A stretch of DNA of 64,000 nt from Candidatus Spongiisociaceae bacterium (GTDB lineage: Bacteria > Actinomycetota > Acidimicrobiia > Spongiisociales > Spongiisociaceae), in NCBI GenBank assembly GCA_965262915.1, contig OZ253564.1:2976001-3040000 (forward strand), written 5' to 3'. This document shows positions 11,214 through 20,047 of this stretch, piece after piece; within the stretch, counting starts at the first letter, position 1; every line of letters starts with the position of its first letter. The position numbers were made by a program, and so were the translations under genes. Below the pieces are notes generated by a model. It was not told where the DNA came from. It did not search any database and saw only the letters and a list, made by a program, of their open reading frames with translations.

Positions 11214-12272
11214 TCACGCATCGGGCGCACCGGGAGCGGACGGTCCGCCAACGACCAGACCCCTGGCATCGATGACCACCTTGCCGTGCGCCACGAGGCG
11301 TCCGAGTTCCGCCATGGCCGCCACGGGATCGGCTCCGAGCGTGGACAGGAACTCGGCAACCGGCAGGCCGGTGTTGGCGACCGGGATGGCGGCCGGAGCG
11401 TCGGAGGGGGTGCTCGGTGGTTCTCCGATCACCAACTCCAGACACGCCATCAGGTCCTCGGCGTCCAGAACCGGGAAGGCTCCGTCCCGGATCAGCAGGT
11501 TGCAACCTATCGAACTCGGCCTTCCCACGTCACCCGGCGTAGCGAAGATGTCACGACCCTGATCGAGCGCGATCCGGGCGGTGACCAGCGCGCCTCCTTT
11601 GACGCCGGCCTCGACCACTACCACCGCGTGGGCGATGCCCGAGATGATCCGGTTGCGGGGAGGGAACCGCCAACCGAACGGTCGGCCGCCCGGGGGCGCC
11701 TCGCTCCACACGGTGCCACCGGCTTCGAGCAGGCTCGCACCGAGTTCCCGGTGCCGGCGGGGGTACCAGACATCCACCCCGGAGCCGAGTACCGCCACTC
11801 CCGGAGCAGGGCCGAGCAGGGAGCCACGGTGGGCGGCGCCGTCGATGCCCTTGGCGAGACCGCTCACCACCGACCAGCCGGCTCGGGAGACCGCCTCGCC
11901 GTATTGCTCCGCGAGCCGCCTGCCGTAGGTCGTGCAAGCCCTGGTACCCACGATGGCAACCGCTGTCCCTGTGAAGGAACGCCCTCGCTGGAAGAGGAAC
12001 AGGGGCGAGTCGGGTAGCTCTCGGAGATGTTCGGGGAACCTCTCATCGTCCCGGAGGAGAAAGTCGATCCTCGCGTTGCGCAGGCTTTCCCGCCGCTCGG
12101 AGGCCGGTATGGCGGCAGCTTGCCGGGCCCCGGCGGGTACGGTGAGCCTTCCCCGCTCGATATCCCGCAGCACCTTCGCAGGGGAGCCGGTCTTGGATGC
12201 CAGGCCCCGCAACCGATCGGGGTGCATCCCGACATGGGCCAGCCTGATCCAAGCATCTGCGGCGCTGGTCAT
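11214..12272 (-). CDS. dprA: DNA-processing protein DprA
   Basis: AIVGTR, VVSGLAKGIDGAAH, FPPRNRIISG, VVVEAG. Confidence 0.95.
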   Translation of the reverse strand: MTSAADAWIRLAHVGMHPDRLRGLASKTGSPAKVLRDIERGRLTVPAGARQAAAIPASERRESLRNARIDFLLRDDERFPEHLRELPDSPLFLFQRGRSFTGTAVAIVGTRACTTYGRRLAEQYGEAVSRAGWSVVSGLAKGIDGAAHRGSLLGPAPGVAVLGSGVDVWYPRRHRELGASLLEAGGTVWSEAPPGGRPFGWRFPPRNRIISGIAHAVVVVEAGVKGGALVTARIALDQGRDIFATPGDVGRPSSIGCNLLIRDGAFPVLDAEDLMACLELVIGEPPSTPSDAPAAIPVANTGLPVAEFLSTLGADPVAAMAELGRLVAHGKVVIDARGLVVGGPSAPGAPDA

Positions 12273-13688
12273 AGCACCCCCCTCAGGATCAGGGCCTCGG
12301 ACGCGTGGGGCTCCTCCACACGGTCCGATCCGGCCAGATCAGCAATGGTCCTGGCCAACCGCCGTACCCTGTCGAACCCTCTTCCGGTCAGTGAGCCATG
12401 CCTGAGGGCCCCTTCGATCAGCTTCTGGGCGGAGACGGCCATGTCCACGGCATCGAGGTCGCTCCGACCGAGATCCCGGTTGCGGCGTCCCCGCCTCCGC
12501 TGGGCTTCCCGGGCGATCGACACCCGCCCGGCCACGTCGTGGCTGGGCTCCTCGGGCGGACCGATCATTGCATCCGGGTCTACCCCCTGGACCCGGACCC
12601 GTATGTCGAACCGGTCCATCAGGGGACCCGACAGGCGCCGCCGGTAACGCTGGATCATCCTGTCGGTGCAGGTGCATCCTTGGCGGTAGTCGTTGTTGTA
12701 GCCGCACGGGCACGGGTTGGTGGCGGCTACCAGCTGCACCTTGGCCGGGAACGTCATCGAGACGCCCTTCCTGGCGATGGTCACCTGCCCTTCTTCGAGC
12801 GGCTGCCGCAGGGCGTCCAGCAACTTGGGCGGGAACTCTCCGAGTTCATCCAGGAAGAGGACTCCCTGGTGGGCCATGCTTATCTCGCCCGGTACAGGGA
12901 CGCCCGATCCGCCTCCGATGACCGCCGCGGTGGTGGCTGTGTGATGAGGCGAACGGATCGGTGGCCGGAACAGGGAGGTCCTGGGCCGTCCCGCCGATGA
13001 CCACACCTGGGCGACCTCCAAGGCGGTTTCCTCGTCGAGGCCGGGCAATACACCCGGCAGGCACCGGGCCACCATCGTCTTCCCTGCGCCGGGGGGACCG
13101 GTGAGCAGCATGTGGTGACCACCCGCGGCCGCGACCTCGAGAGCCCGCTTGGCGAGGGGCTGGCCCCGGACCTCGGCGAGATCGGGGAGATCCGGTTCGG
13201 GCTGCCGGGGACGGGGCGGGGCTGGGAAGTCTCCCTCCCCCAACGCAGCCGAGACGGCCATGGCCAGTGATCTCACGGCTTGAACGTCCGCAGAGGACAC
13301 GAGGCTCGCTTCGGCGGCTGCATCGGGGGGTAGCAGGCACGTCATCCCGAGCTTCGAGGCGACGATGGCTGCTCCCAGGCCCCCTCGGGCGGGCCGCAGC
13401 CTACCGTCCAGCGCCAGTTCTCCCAGAGCCACGACGTTGCACGCCGCATCGGGGATCTCCCCCGCGGCAGCCAGAAGAGCCAGGGCTATGGGTAGGTCGT
13501 ACGCGCTGCCCGACTTGGGTAGGTCGGCGGGCGCAAGATTGACGGTCACCGAGCGCGGCGGGAAGCGGTATCCCGACACCGCCATGGCCGCCAACACCCG
13601 GTCCTTGGCTTCCCGGACTGCGGTGTCGGGCAGCCCCACCACGTTCAATCGGCCTTTCTCTCCTCCACCTACATGGGCTTCCACGCTG
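12269..13688 (-). pseudogene. comM: ComM/YifB Mg-chelatase-like helicase, 3' part (split by the satellite)
   Basis: VGLPDTAVREAKDRV, NLAPADLPKSG, GPPGAGKT, LFLDELGEF, NPCPCG; first 21 codons lie at 24202-24265. Confidence 0.92.
13678..13688 (+). repeat. att core, left junction (CTTCCACGCTG)
   Basis: Identical to 24202-24212; extends to 15 bp with one mismatch (TGGGCTTCCACGCTG vs TGGACTTCCACGCTG). Confidence 0.9.
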
Positions 13689-13737
13689 GAAGCCAAAGTT
13701 ACTAGTTCAGGACGTAGCAGAAGCCATCATGAAACCC

Positions 13738-13766
13738 CTGTTCACCTGGGATTATAAGGTTATTCT
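13738..13766 (+). promoter_or_regulatory. Bipartite motif CTGTTCAC-N7-TATAAGGTTATTCT upstream of the integrase
   Basis: Second copy at 15052-15078 upstream of alpA. Confidence 0.6.
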
Positions 13767-13856
13767 GTAAGGGGCTGAGGTTCAGCGTATCACTTGATAA
13801 CGCTAAGAATCACCCGTTAAAGTGGTAACCAAACCGGTCACCACTTGGAAACGGAT

Positions 13857-15023
13857 ATGGCGAAACGATCAGGCGCAGCGATGACGGCAGCATTCTGCCG
13901 GACAGTGACACGGCCCGGACGGTACGGCGACGGTCGAGGCGGCCACGGTCTCTCATTACTCGTGAAACCGATGACCAGCACCGGGCGGATATCCCGCAGC
14001 TGGTCCCAACGGCTCCGCATCGACGGCCGGGTACGTTCTGTCGGCCTCGGGGCTTATCCCGCGGTCACTCTGGCCGAAGCCCGGCGGCGTGCCCTGCGCA
14101 ACGCACGGGAAGTCGCCGAAGGGCGCGACCCGTTAAAGCCGAAAACACCAACCTTCGAGCAAGCCGTTGAACGAGTCATCGGGATTCACGCGCGAAGCTG
14201 GAAGCAAGGGACGAAAACGGAAAAGGACTGGCGGCGCACACTCGCCACCTACGCGTTCCCAGTGATCGGACCGAAACGGGTAGACAAGATCGTCACCGCC
14301 GACGTGCTGCGCGTGATCCAACCGATCTGGAACGAGAAACCGGCCACAGCGCAACGGCTACGCCGCCGCATATCGGCGATCATGTCTTGGACGATAGCCG
14401 AGGGTCACCGAGCGGACGACCCGGCCGGTGCAGCTGTCCTAGCTGCGTTACCCAAGACCAACGGACCCCGAAACCATCACCGGGCGCTACCACACGCCGA
14501 AGTAGCCGACGCCGTGGCGCGGATACGACGGGTCCGAGCGCGGCCCATAACCCGACTGGTGGCCGAATTTGTCGTGCTCACGGCTTGCCGGTCCGGTGAA
14601 GCACGGGCTGCCCGCTGGAGCGAAGTAGACATGGACTCCCGGATGTGGACCGTTCCGGCCTCAAGGATGAAGAACGGCCGGGAGCATCGAGTACCGCTCA
14701 GCCGAGCCTCGTTGGCCGTCCTGGGCGAGGCGGGCGAACTCTCCGCCTGGTCTGGGTACGTGTTCCCCAACCGCTCCGGGCGTCCGCTAACCACCGAAGC
14801 CCTTCGCATGGTCTTCAGACACGCCAACCTTCAGACAACGGTTCACGGCTTCAGAACCAGCTTCAGAACATGGGCCGCCGAAGCCGGAGCGGACCGTACC
14901 GTTTCCGAGTTGTGCCTAGCCCATCGGGTCGGGTCAGCTACCGAACTCGCCTATCAACGGTCCGACCTGTTCCAGATACGGGCCGACCTGATGGAGGCCT
15001 GGGGTCAATACGTTGCCATATAG
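13857..15023 (+). CDS. P4-type tyrosine integrase with arm-binding domain, intact
   Basis: GRYGDGRGGHGLSLLV, GLGAYPAVTLAEAR, TACRSGE, MKNGREHRVPL, HGFR, LAH, LAYQRSD. Confidence 0.95.
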   Translation: MAKRSGAAMTAAFCRTVTRPGRYGDGRGGHGLSLLVKPMTSTGRISRSWSQRLRIDGRVRSVGLGAYPAVTLAEARRRALRNAREVAEGRDPLKPKTPTFEQAVERVIGIHARSWKQGTKTEKDWRRTLATYAFPVIGPKRVDKIVTADVLRVIQPIWNEKPATAQRLRRRISAIMSWTIAEGHRADDPAGAAVLAALPKTNGPRNHHRALPHAEVADAVARIRRVRARPITRLVAEFVVLTACRSGEARAARWSEVDMDSRMWTVPASRMKNGREHRVPLSRASLAVLGEAGELSAWSGYVFPNRSGRPLTTEALRMVFRHANLQTTVHGFRTSFRTWAAEAGADRTVSELCLAHRVGSATELAYQRSDLFQIRADLMEAWGQYVAI

Positions 15024-15051
15024 ACCTATATTAAAGGCCTTACCTAAATAG

Positions 15052-15114
15052 CTGTTCACTTTGATATAAGGTTATTCTTTAGTGGTTGCGGATAGAGAAA
15101 AGGGACACTACAGT
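15052..15114 (+). promoter_or_regulatory. alpA control region: second motif copy plus a sigma70-like promoter
   Basis: CTGTTCAC-N5-TATAAGGTTATTCT (15052-15078); TTGCGG-N17-TACAGT (15086-15114), 7 nt before the ATG, so probably leaderless. Confidence 0.55.
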
Positions 15115-15121
15115 AGCGTCC

Positions 15122-15322
15122 ATGACCGAACCTGATAGAAAACTCGACCGTATCATCCGACCCCGTGAACTAGGCGAGACCATCGGCATATCTCAGGCCA
15201 CGCTCCGGAGATGGTCGTCATCTGGCCGACTGCCCAAGCCGCTCAAATTTTCCGAGCGTTTTGTCGGTTGGCGAGCCAGCGTCATCCAGGAGTGGCTGGA
15301 CTCGCGGCCTCCAACCGCCTGA
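15122..15322 (+). CDS. alpA: AlpA-family regulator/excisionase
   Basis: RIIRPRELGETIGISQATLRRW..GRLPKPLKFSERFVGWRASVIQEWL. Confidence 0.88.
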   Translation: MTEPDRKLDRIIRPRELGETIGISQATLRRWSSSGRLPKPLKFSERFVGWRASVIQEWLDSRPPTA

Positions 15323-15432
15323 TACTTCGGCAACCTTTCACGCACCAACCAGGGAGAAGAACGTGATGAGCAGGACCAGATAAAGCGAGCCCGCCGGGAC
15401 GAGATTCCGGCGGGCTCTTGGAGGGGACAAGC

Positions 15433-16842
15433 ATGACCATGTCCAGACCGAATGCTAGCACACGGAAACCGGTCACGGCCGACCCCACTTCTTGGGCGCT
15501 CACCCAGCACAACCTGGCCGAAGTCTTCGCAGAACTCAACTCGATGAATCACACCCTTACCCACCGGTACACTCCGCGGGTCGGCTGGTACCAGTACCGC
15601 GCCGAGTATGGCTGGTCCCGCGACGAACTCAACCACACCCTTTCCGAGATACGCGGCCTTATGGCCCGCGCCGCCCAGTACTCGACGAAAAGCGCCGGGG
15701 CGAAGGCCCATACAATTGGGTTCGTGCGAGGCGTCGAACAGTTGGCCCGCCTCGACCCGGTTCACATAACCGCCGCCGACTGGTGGAACAGCGACCCCGA
15801 TTGGGCTGGGACACCCTACGGCAACGTCGAGTTGACCAGCGGCGAACTGTTCGCCCCCAGCCCGGCGAGGCTCATATCGCTGAGACTCGGCGCGGTTCCC
15901 GACGATGGGAAACGGCCGCACGCCTGGCTGCGGTTCCTGAACCAGGCGACCGGCTTCGATGTGGAACTGATCGACTTCCTGCAGAAGTGGATCGGCTACT
16001 GCCTGACCGGCCACACGTCCGAACACGTCCTCGCGTTCATCTACGGGCCAGGCGGAACAGGCAAATCGACGTTCGCAAATGTGGTGCGTGAACTGCTCGG
16101 ACAGTACGCCCGCCACTCGCCTATGGACACGTTCCTCGTAGCCCGCGGTGAACGGCATCCTACCGACCTGGCCGGCTTCGCCGGAGCCCGCCTCGTAACA
16201 GCCGTAGAAACCGACGAAGGCCGCCCCTGGGACGAAGCCAAACTCAAAGCCCTCACCGGAGACGACCCCATAACCGCCCGATACATGCGTAGGGATTTTT
16301 TCACCTACCGGCCCCGCTTCAAGCTACTCGTAGCAGGCAACGAGCTGCCGACCCTCAAGAGTCCCGACGAAGCGATGCGCCGACGGTTCCGCGTGGTCCC
16401 CTTCATCAACCGACCACCGAAACCCGACCGGAACCTCGCCGCCAAGCTCCGCTACGAACTCCCCGACATCCTCACCTGGGCTCTCGAAGGTACTCGCCTC
16501 TGGTACGACAACGGACTCGGCGGCGCCGCCATCGTCGAACAGGCAACCGCCGCATACTTCACCGACTCCGACCTCATAGGCCAGTGGCTCGGCGAAACCT
16601 GCACCTACACCCCCGGCGCCCAGCACCCACGCGAATCAGCCGCGACCCTCTGGCAAACGTGGACAGCATGGTCCAAGACCAACGGTATCGACCCCGGAAC
16701 ACGCCACCGATTCGGGCGGCAACTCGGCAGCCACGGCATCCACCCCGCAAAGATCGGTGGCAAAATCTACCGGCTCGGCATCCAACTACGCAGCCGCACC
16801 ACCCATCCCCCAACAGCCGACCAGGACCAGGCCCACCGATGA
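15433..16842 (+). CDS. P4-family/D5-like SF3 helicase (phage/plasmid primase C-terminal type)
   Basis: YGPGGTGKST, ARLVTAVE, LKALTGDDPITARYMRRDFF, RRRFRVVPF; RBS GAGGGG. Confidence 0.9.
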   Translation: MTMSRPNASTRKPVTADPTSWALTQHNLAEVFAELNSMNHTLTHRYTPRVGWYQYRAEYGWSRDELNHTLSEIRGLMARAAQYSTKSAGAKAHTIGFVRGVEQLARLDPVHITAADWWNSDPDWAGTPYGNVELTSGELFAPSPARLISLRLGAVPDDGKRPHAWLRFLNQATGFDVELIDFLQKWIGYCLTGHTSEHVLAFIYGPGGTGKSTFANVVRELLGQYARHSPMDTFLVARGERHPTDLAGFAGARLVTAVETDEGRPWDEAKLKALTGDDPITARYMRRDFFTYRPRFKLLVAGNELPTLKSPDEAMRRRFRVVPFINRPPKPDRNLAAKLRYELPDILTWALEGTRLWYDNGLGGAAIVEQATAAYFTDSDLIGQWLGETCTYTPGAQHPRESAATLWQTWTAWSKTNGIDPGTRHRFGRQLGSHGIHPAKIGGKIYRLGIQLRSRTTHPPTADQDQAHR

Positions 16843-16850
16843 CCACGCAA

Positions 16851-16982
16851 AGGACCTTCAGGACGATTAGGACCTTTCTCCCGTTTGGTCCCGCCCGCGC
16901 GTATGCGCGCGCGTCATGCGTATGCGCGCGTGCACACGTGAAGGCGATACCATGAAAAGGTCCTAATCGTCCTGATGGTCCT
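16851..16982. other. Putative replication origin of the satellite
   Basis: 27-bp inverted repeat (26/27) with three AGGAC units per arm, flanking a purine-pyrimidine alternating core, directly after the helicase gene. Confidence 0.65.
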
Positions 16983-17141
16983 GATTCCGAGAACGATTCC
17001 CAAACACCTACCCTCCGCCCGTCACAACAGAAAGGACCAACCAGTGTCAGTACAAGACAGCTACTCAATCAACCCACCACCAAGCCCCACCCCGACGACC
17101 CACCTCCAAGGCAGACTCACCGAGTACGACCGCCAACAGCA

Positions 17142-17435
17142 TTGACGACTACGACGACCTCGGCGCCTCCCGAGGAAGTGTGCGGGGGCGAGCTGTGTGT
17201 GGAGGACAACTACTACTTCGAGCGTTTCGGCAACGACTATTGGGCGTTCCGATTCCGGGTGGATAAGTCGTGCAGCGGGTTCTACGTCGAGGTTCATCTG
17301 CTCGATGACAACGGTCGTCGCACAGGCGACTGGGGAAACGACTTCGTGGGTTCGGTGACTGAGGGTGGCCAAGTGACTGTCGAGGTGCGGTACACCAAGG
17401 ACTGGTCCCAGTACGAGTTCGAGTGGTCCTGTTAG
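17142..17435 (+). CDS. Small FxLYD-like beta domain with Thr-rich stalk, probably N-truncated
   Basis: TTTTTSAPP then YVEVHLLDDNGRRTGDWGNDFVGSVTEGGQVTVEV; no signal peptide; TTG start. Confidence 0.45.
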   Translation: MTTTTTSAPPEEVCGGELCVEDNYYFERFGNDYWAFRFRVDKSCSGFYVEVHLLDDNGRRTGDWGNDFVGSVTEGGQVTVEVRYTKDWSQYEFEWSC

Positions 17436-17451
17436 TAGCCGCATTGAGAGC

Positions 17452-18978
17452 ATGCTTTCCCGGTCGATAGTTGACTATCTCGAAGGGCTGACTGTTTCTC
17501 AGGGACGGCTGGCCGGTGAGCCGTTTCGGGTGTTGCCGTGGGAGGGTCGTTTCATTCGGGGGGCGTTCCGGACGGACGTGACGACGGCGGCGCTATCGGT
17601 CGCTAGGGCGAACGGTAAGACCTCGTTGACGGCTGGGATCTCCGCGGCGACGTTGGACGGTCCGCTGGTGGTGCCGCGGGGTGAGACGGTGATCGTGGCG
17701 TCGAGTTTCGAGCAGGCTCGGATAGCGTTTGAGCATGTTCGGGCGTTCATGGAACCGACCTTGGCCGAGGATCGGAAGCGGCGTTTTTCGGATCGCCGGT
17801 GGCGGGTTTGGGACACGGCGCAGCAGGCGCGGATTGAGGACCGGCAGACGGGTGCTCGGGTGCGTTGTGTTGGTTCTGATCCGCGTCGGGCGCATGGTTT
17901 GGCGCCGGTACTTGTTCTTGCTGACGAACCGGCTCAGTGGCCGCCTACTACCGGGGAGCGGATGGTGGCGGCGTTGAGGACGGCGGCGGGTAAGCAGCCT
18001 CACTCCCGGTTTGTGGCTTTGGGTACTCGTCCGGATGATCCGGAGCATTGGTTCGCGAAGATGCTGTCGGGTGGTGCGGACTATTCGCAGTGTCACGCGG
18101 CCCGGCCTGGCGATCCACCGTTTCAGAAGCGGACTTGGACGCGGGCAAATCCGTCGATGCGGTTCATGCCTGATCTTGAGGCGGCGATCCGGGCTGAGGC
18201 GCAGCAGTCGAAACGTGACCCGTCGTTGCTGGCATCGTTCGAGGCGTTGCGGCTGAATCTTGGGACTCCGGACACTGAGACTGCGGTGCTGTTAGACGCC
18301 GGGTTGTGGGCGTCGATTGAGGGCGAAGCGCCGATGGTCGGCCCGGCCGTCTGGGGTGTTGATTTGGGTACGTCGGCGGCTCAGTCGGCGGTTGCGTGTT
18401 TCTGGCCGGAGTCGGGTGCGTTGGCGGTGTTGGCAGCCTTCCCGGAGATTCCGTCGCTTGAGGAACGCGGCCGCCGTGACGGTGTGGCCGGCCTTTATCG
18501 GGAATGCCACCGTCGGGGCGAACTGTTGACCCTGGAACGGCGGGCTGTGGACGTGGAGCAGCTGCTGCAGATGGCGTTGGACCGTTTCGGCCGCCCCAGC
18601 GTGGTTGTTGCGGACCGTTGGCGGGAAGCCGAACTCCGTGACGGTCTGGACCGGGCGAGGGTTCCGGCGGCGGCGTTCGAGACTAGGGGTATGGGTTTCA
18701 AGGACGGTGGGGAGGATGTTCGCCAGTTTCGTCGGGCTTGCGCTGACGGCATCGTTACACCGGTCCGGAGTCTGCTGTTGCGGTCTGCGATGGCTGAGGC
18801 TCGTACCGTGAGCGATCCGGCTGGTAACTCGAAGTTGGGGAAGGGTTCGCAGGGCGGCCGTCGGTTGCGGGCTCGGGATGACGCGGCCGCAGCGGCGATC
18901 CTGGCGGTGGCTGCAGGGATGCGACGGCGGTCACGCGGCCCGGCCCGTCGGAGGCTGCGGACAGCTCTGGTCGGCTGA
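17452..18978 (+). CDS. terL: Terminase large subunit
   Basis: SVARANGKT (Walker A), LVLADEP (Walker B), RANPS, WGVDLG and DDAAAA nuclease acidic motifs. Confidence 0.9.
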   Translation: MLSRSIVDYLEGLTVSQGRLAGEPFRVLPWEGRFIRGAFRTDVTTAALSVARANGKTSLTAGISAATLDGPLVVPRGETVIVASSFEQARIAFEHVRAFMEPTLAEDRKRRFSDRRWRVWDTAQQARIEDRQTGARVRCVGSDPRRAHGLAPVLVLADEPAQWPPTTGERMVAALRTAAGKQPHSRFVALGTRPDDPEHWFAKMLSGGADYSQCHAARPGDPPFQKRTWTRANPSMRFMPDLEAAIRAEAQQSKRDPSLLASFEALRLNLGTPDTETAVLLDAGLWASIEGEAPMVGPAVWGVDLGTSAAQSAVACFWPESGALAVLAAFPEIPSLEERGRRDGVAGLYRECHRRGELLTLERRAVDVEQLLQMALDRFGRPSVVVADRWREAELRDGLDRARVPAAAFETRGMGFKDGGEDVRQFRRACADGIVTPVRSLLLRSAMAEARTVSDPAGNSKLGKGSQGGRRLRARDDAAAAAILAVAAGMRRRSRGPARRRLRTALVG

Positions 18979-19005
18979 TCGCCCTCCAGATCAGCACGCC
19001 ACTGG

Positions 19006-19158
19006 CTACCGCAACTTTAACGCAGCTAGCAAAGCAATCACCCCAAGGCCCACGCCCAACGCCTGTCGCCACGGGGGGTCGAAGAACCAACTGAGGTTTG
19101 TCCCAACCACAAGGACAACGACGACGATCACGACGATTGCTATAGCCTTCTCCATCAT
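19006..19158 (-). CDS. Small two-helix membrane protein (satellite cargo)
   Basis: MMEKAIAIVVIVVVVLVVG...WRQALGVGLGVIALLAALKLR; fills the terL-HNH gap. Confidence 0.55.
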   Translation of the reverse strand: MMEKAIAIVVIVVVVLVVGTNLSWFFDPPWRQALGVGLGVIALLAALKLR

Positions 19159-19195
19159 GCTCGGAGCGTAACCGCCGCAACGGTAGGTTTGGGGA

Positions 19196-19480
19196 ATGTC
19201 CCGCCACCACCTGACCCTCAACCGCCGTAGGTGGGCGATTGTCCGTCGTGCCGCCCTGCATCGTGACGCCTGGCGGTGTCAGCAGTGTGGGCGGGCGGGC
19301 CGGCTGGAGGTCGATCACGTCCGGGCGCTTGAGGATGGCGGCGATCCGTGGGCGCCCGATAACCTGCAGGCCCTTTGCCGGCGGTGTCACATTCGCAAGA
19401 CAACGGTGGAGAATCGGGCTCGTCGCCCGGTGTTGCCGGAGGTTGAAGCGTGGATTCAGTTGGTGGACGAGTTGCTCTGA
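19196..19480 (+). CDS. HNH endonuclease (terminase-associated)
   Basis: RDAWRCQQCG..LEVDHV..GG..DNLQALCRRCHIRKT. Confidence 0.92.
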   Translation: MSRHHLTLNRRRWAIVRRAALHRDAWRCQQCGRAGRLEVDHVRALEDGGDPWAPDNLQALCRRCHIRKTTVENRARRPVLPEVEAWIQLVDELL

Positions 19481-19528
19481 CCCGTCTCTCAAGTTAACCC
19501 CCGGGAAGCTTCCTGCCAGTCGTCACGC

Positions 19529-19894
19529 CTACCGCTCCGAATCGAGCCTCGGGACCCAGCCGTCCCAATCCCTTTCCGGATAGTGCTTTTTCACCACCCT
19601 GTATGTGGGTGATAGATCAAGAGCTTGGTTCCCCACTTGGGGATGGTCCAAGGTGACCATCTTCCCTTTGAGTTCCACGACCACGCCGGCGTAAAGCTTC
19701 GCGGACGCTAGACCCGGCACTGTCTGAATCTGAACCCAGCGTTTGGGATTCTGGGCTTTCTGGTTTTCCTTGAGCCTTGGGTAGTAAGGGAGAACGACCG
19801 ACGGTCTGCTTTTCCACCAGGTTAAGACCGCGATCGGTGCGCCTGCGATGACTACGACGCTCGCAACCAAGTTCACTACTTCAAGAACCGTCAT
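19529..19894 (-). CDS. Hypothetical N-terminally anchored membrane protein (satellite cargo)
   Basis: One hydrophobic helix then a basic soluble domain; visibly lower GC; GAGG RBS. Confidence 0.6.
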   Translation of the reverse strand: MTVLEVVNLVASVVVIAGAPIAVLTWWKSRPSVVLPYYPRLKENQKAQNPKRWVQIQTVPGLASAKLYAGVVVELKGKMVTLDHPQVGNQALDLSPTYRVVKKHYPERDWDGWVPRLDSER

Positions 19895-19995
19895 GTGCGA
19901 TCCTCACTAAATGACCCATAGACCGCAGGGTACATCTTGCCGCTGAGGATCTATGGGAAATGGCGGAGACCGGTTGTTGCACCAGGTCTCAGTTC

Positions 19996-20047
19996 GTATC
20001 AGATAGTATCATCTACTGATAACCATGGATAATGGTAAAATTATCTC
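19996..20047 (+). promoter_or_regulatory. Putative capsid-operon promoter/operator
   Basis: AT-rich; TATCAG...CTGATA dyad (19997-20021); extended -10 TGGTAAAAT (20033-20041) 6 nt before the ATG. Confidence 0.5.

Noticed and set aside
13689-13730. Element-supplied new start restoring ComM (TTG at 13696)
   Set aside because: No SD is visible, an in-frame stop lies at 13727-13729, and 18 native N-terminal residues would be lost; not excluded but unsupported.
19480-19530. cos site after the HNH gene
   Set aside because: Position is plausible but no recognisable cos symmetry; it cannot be called from sequence alone.
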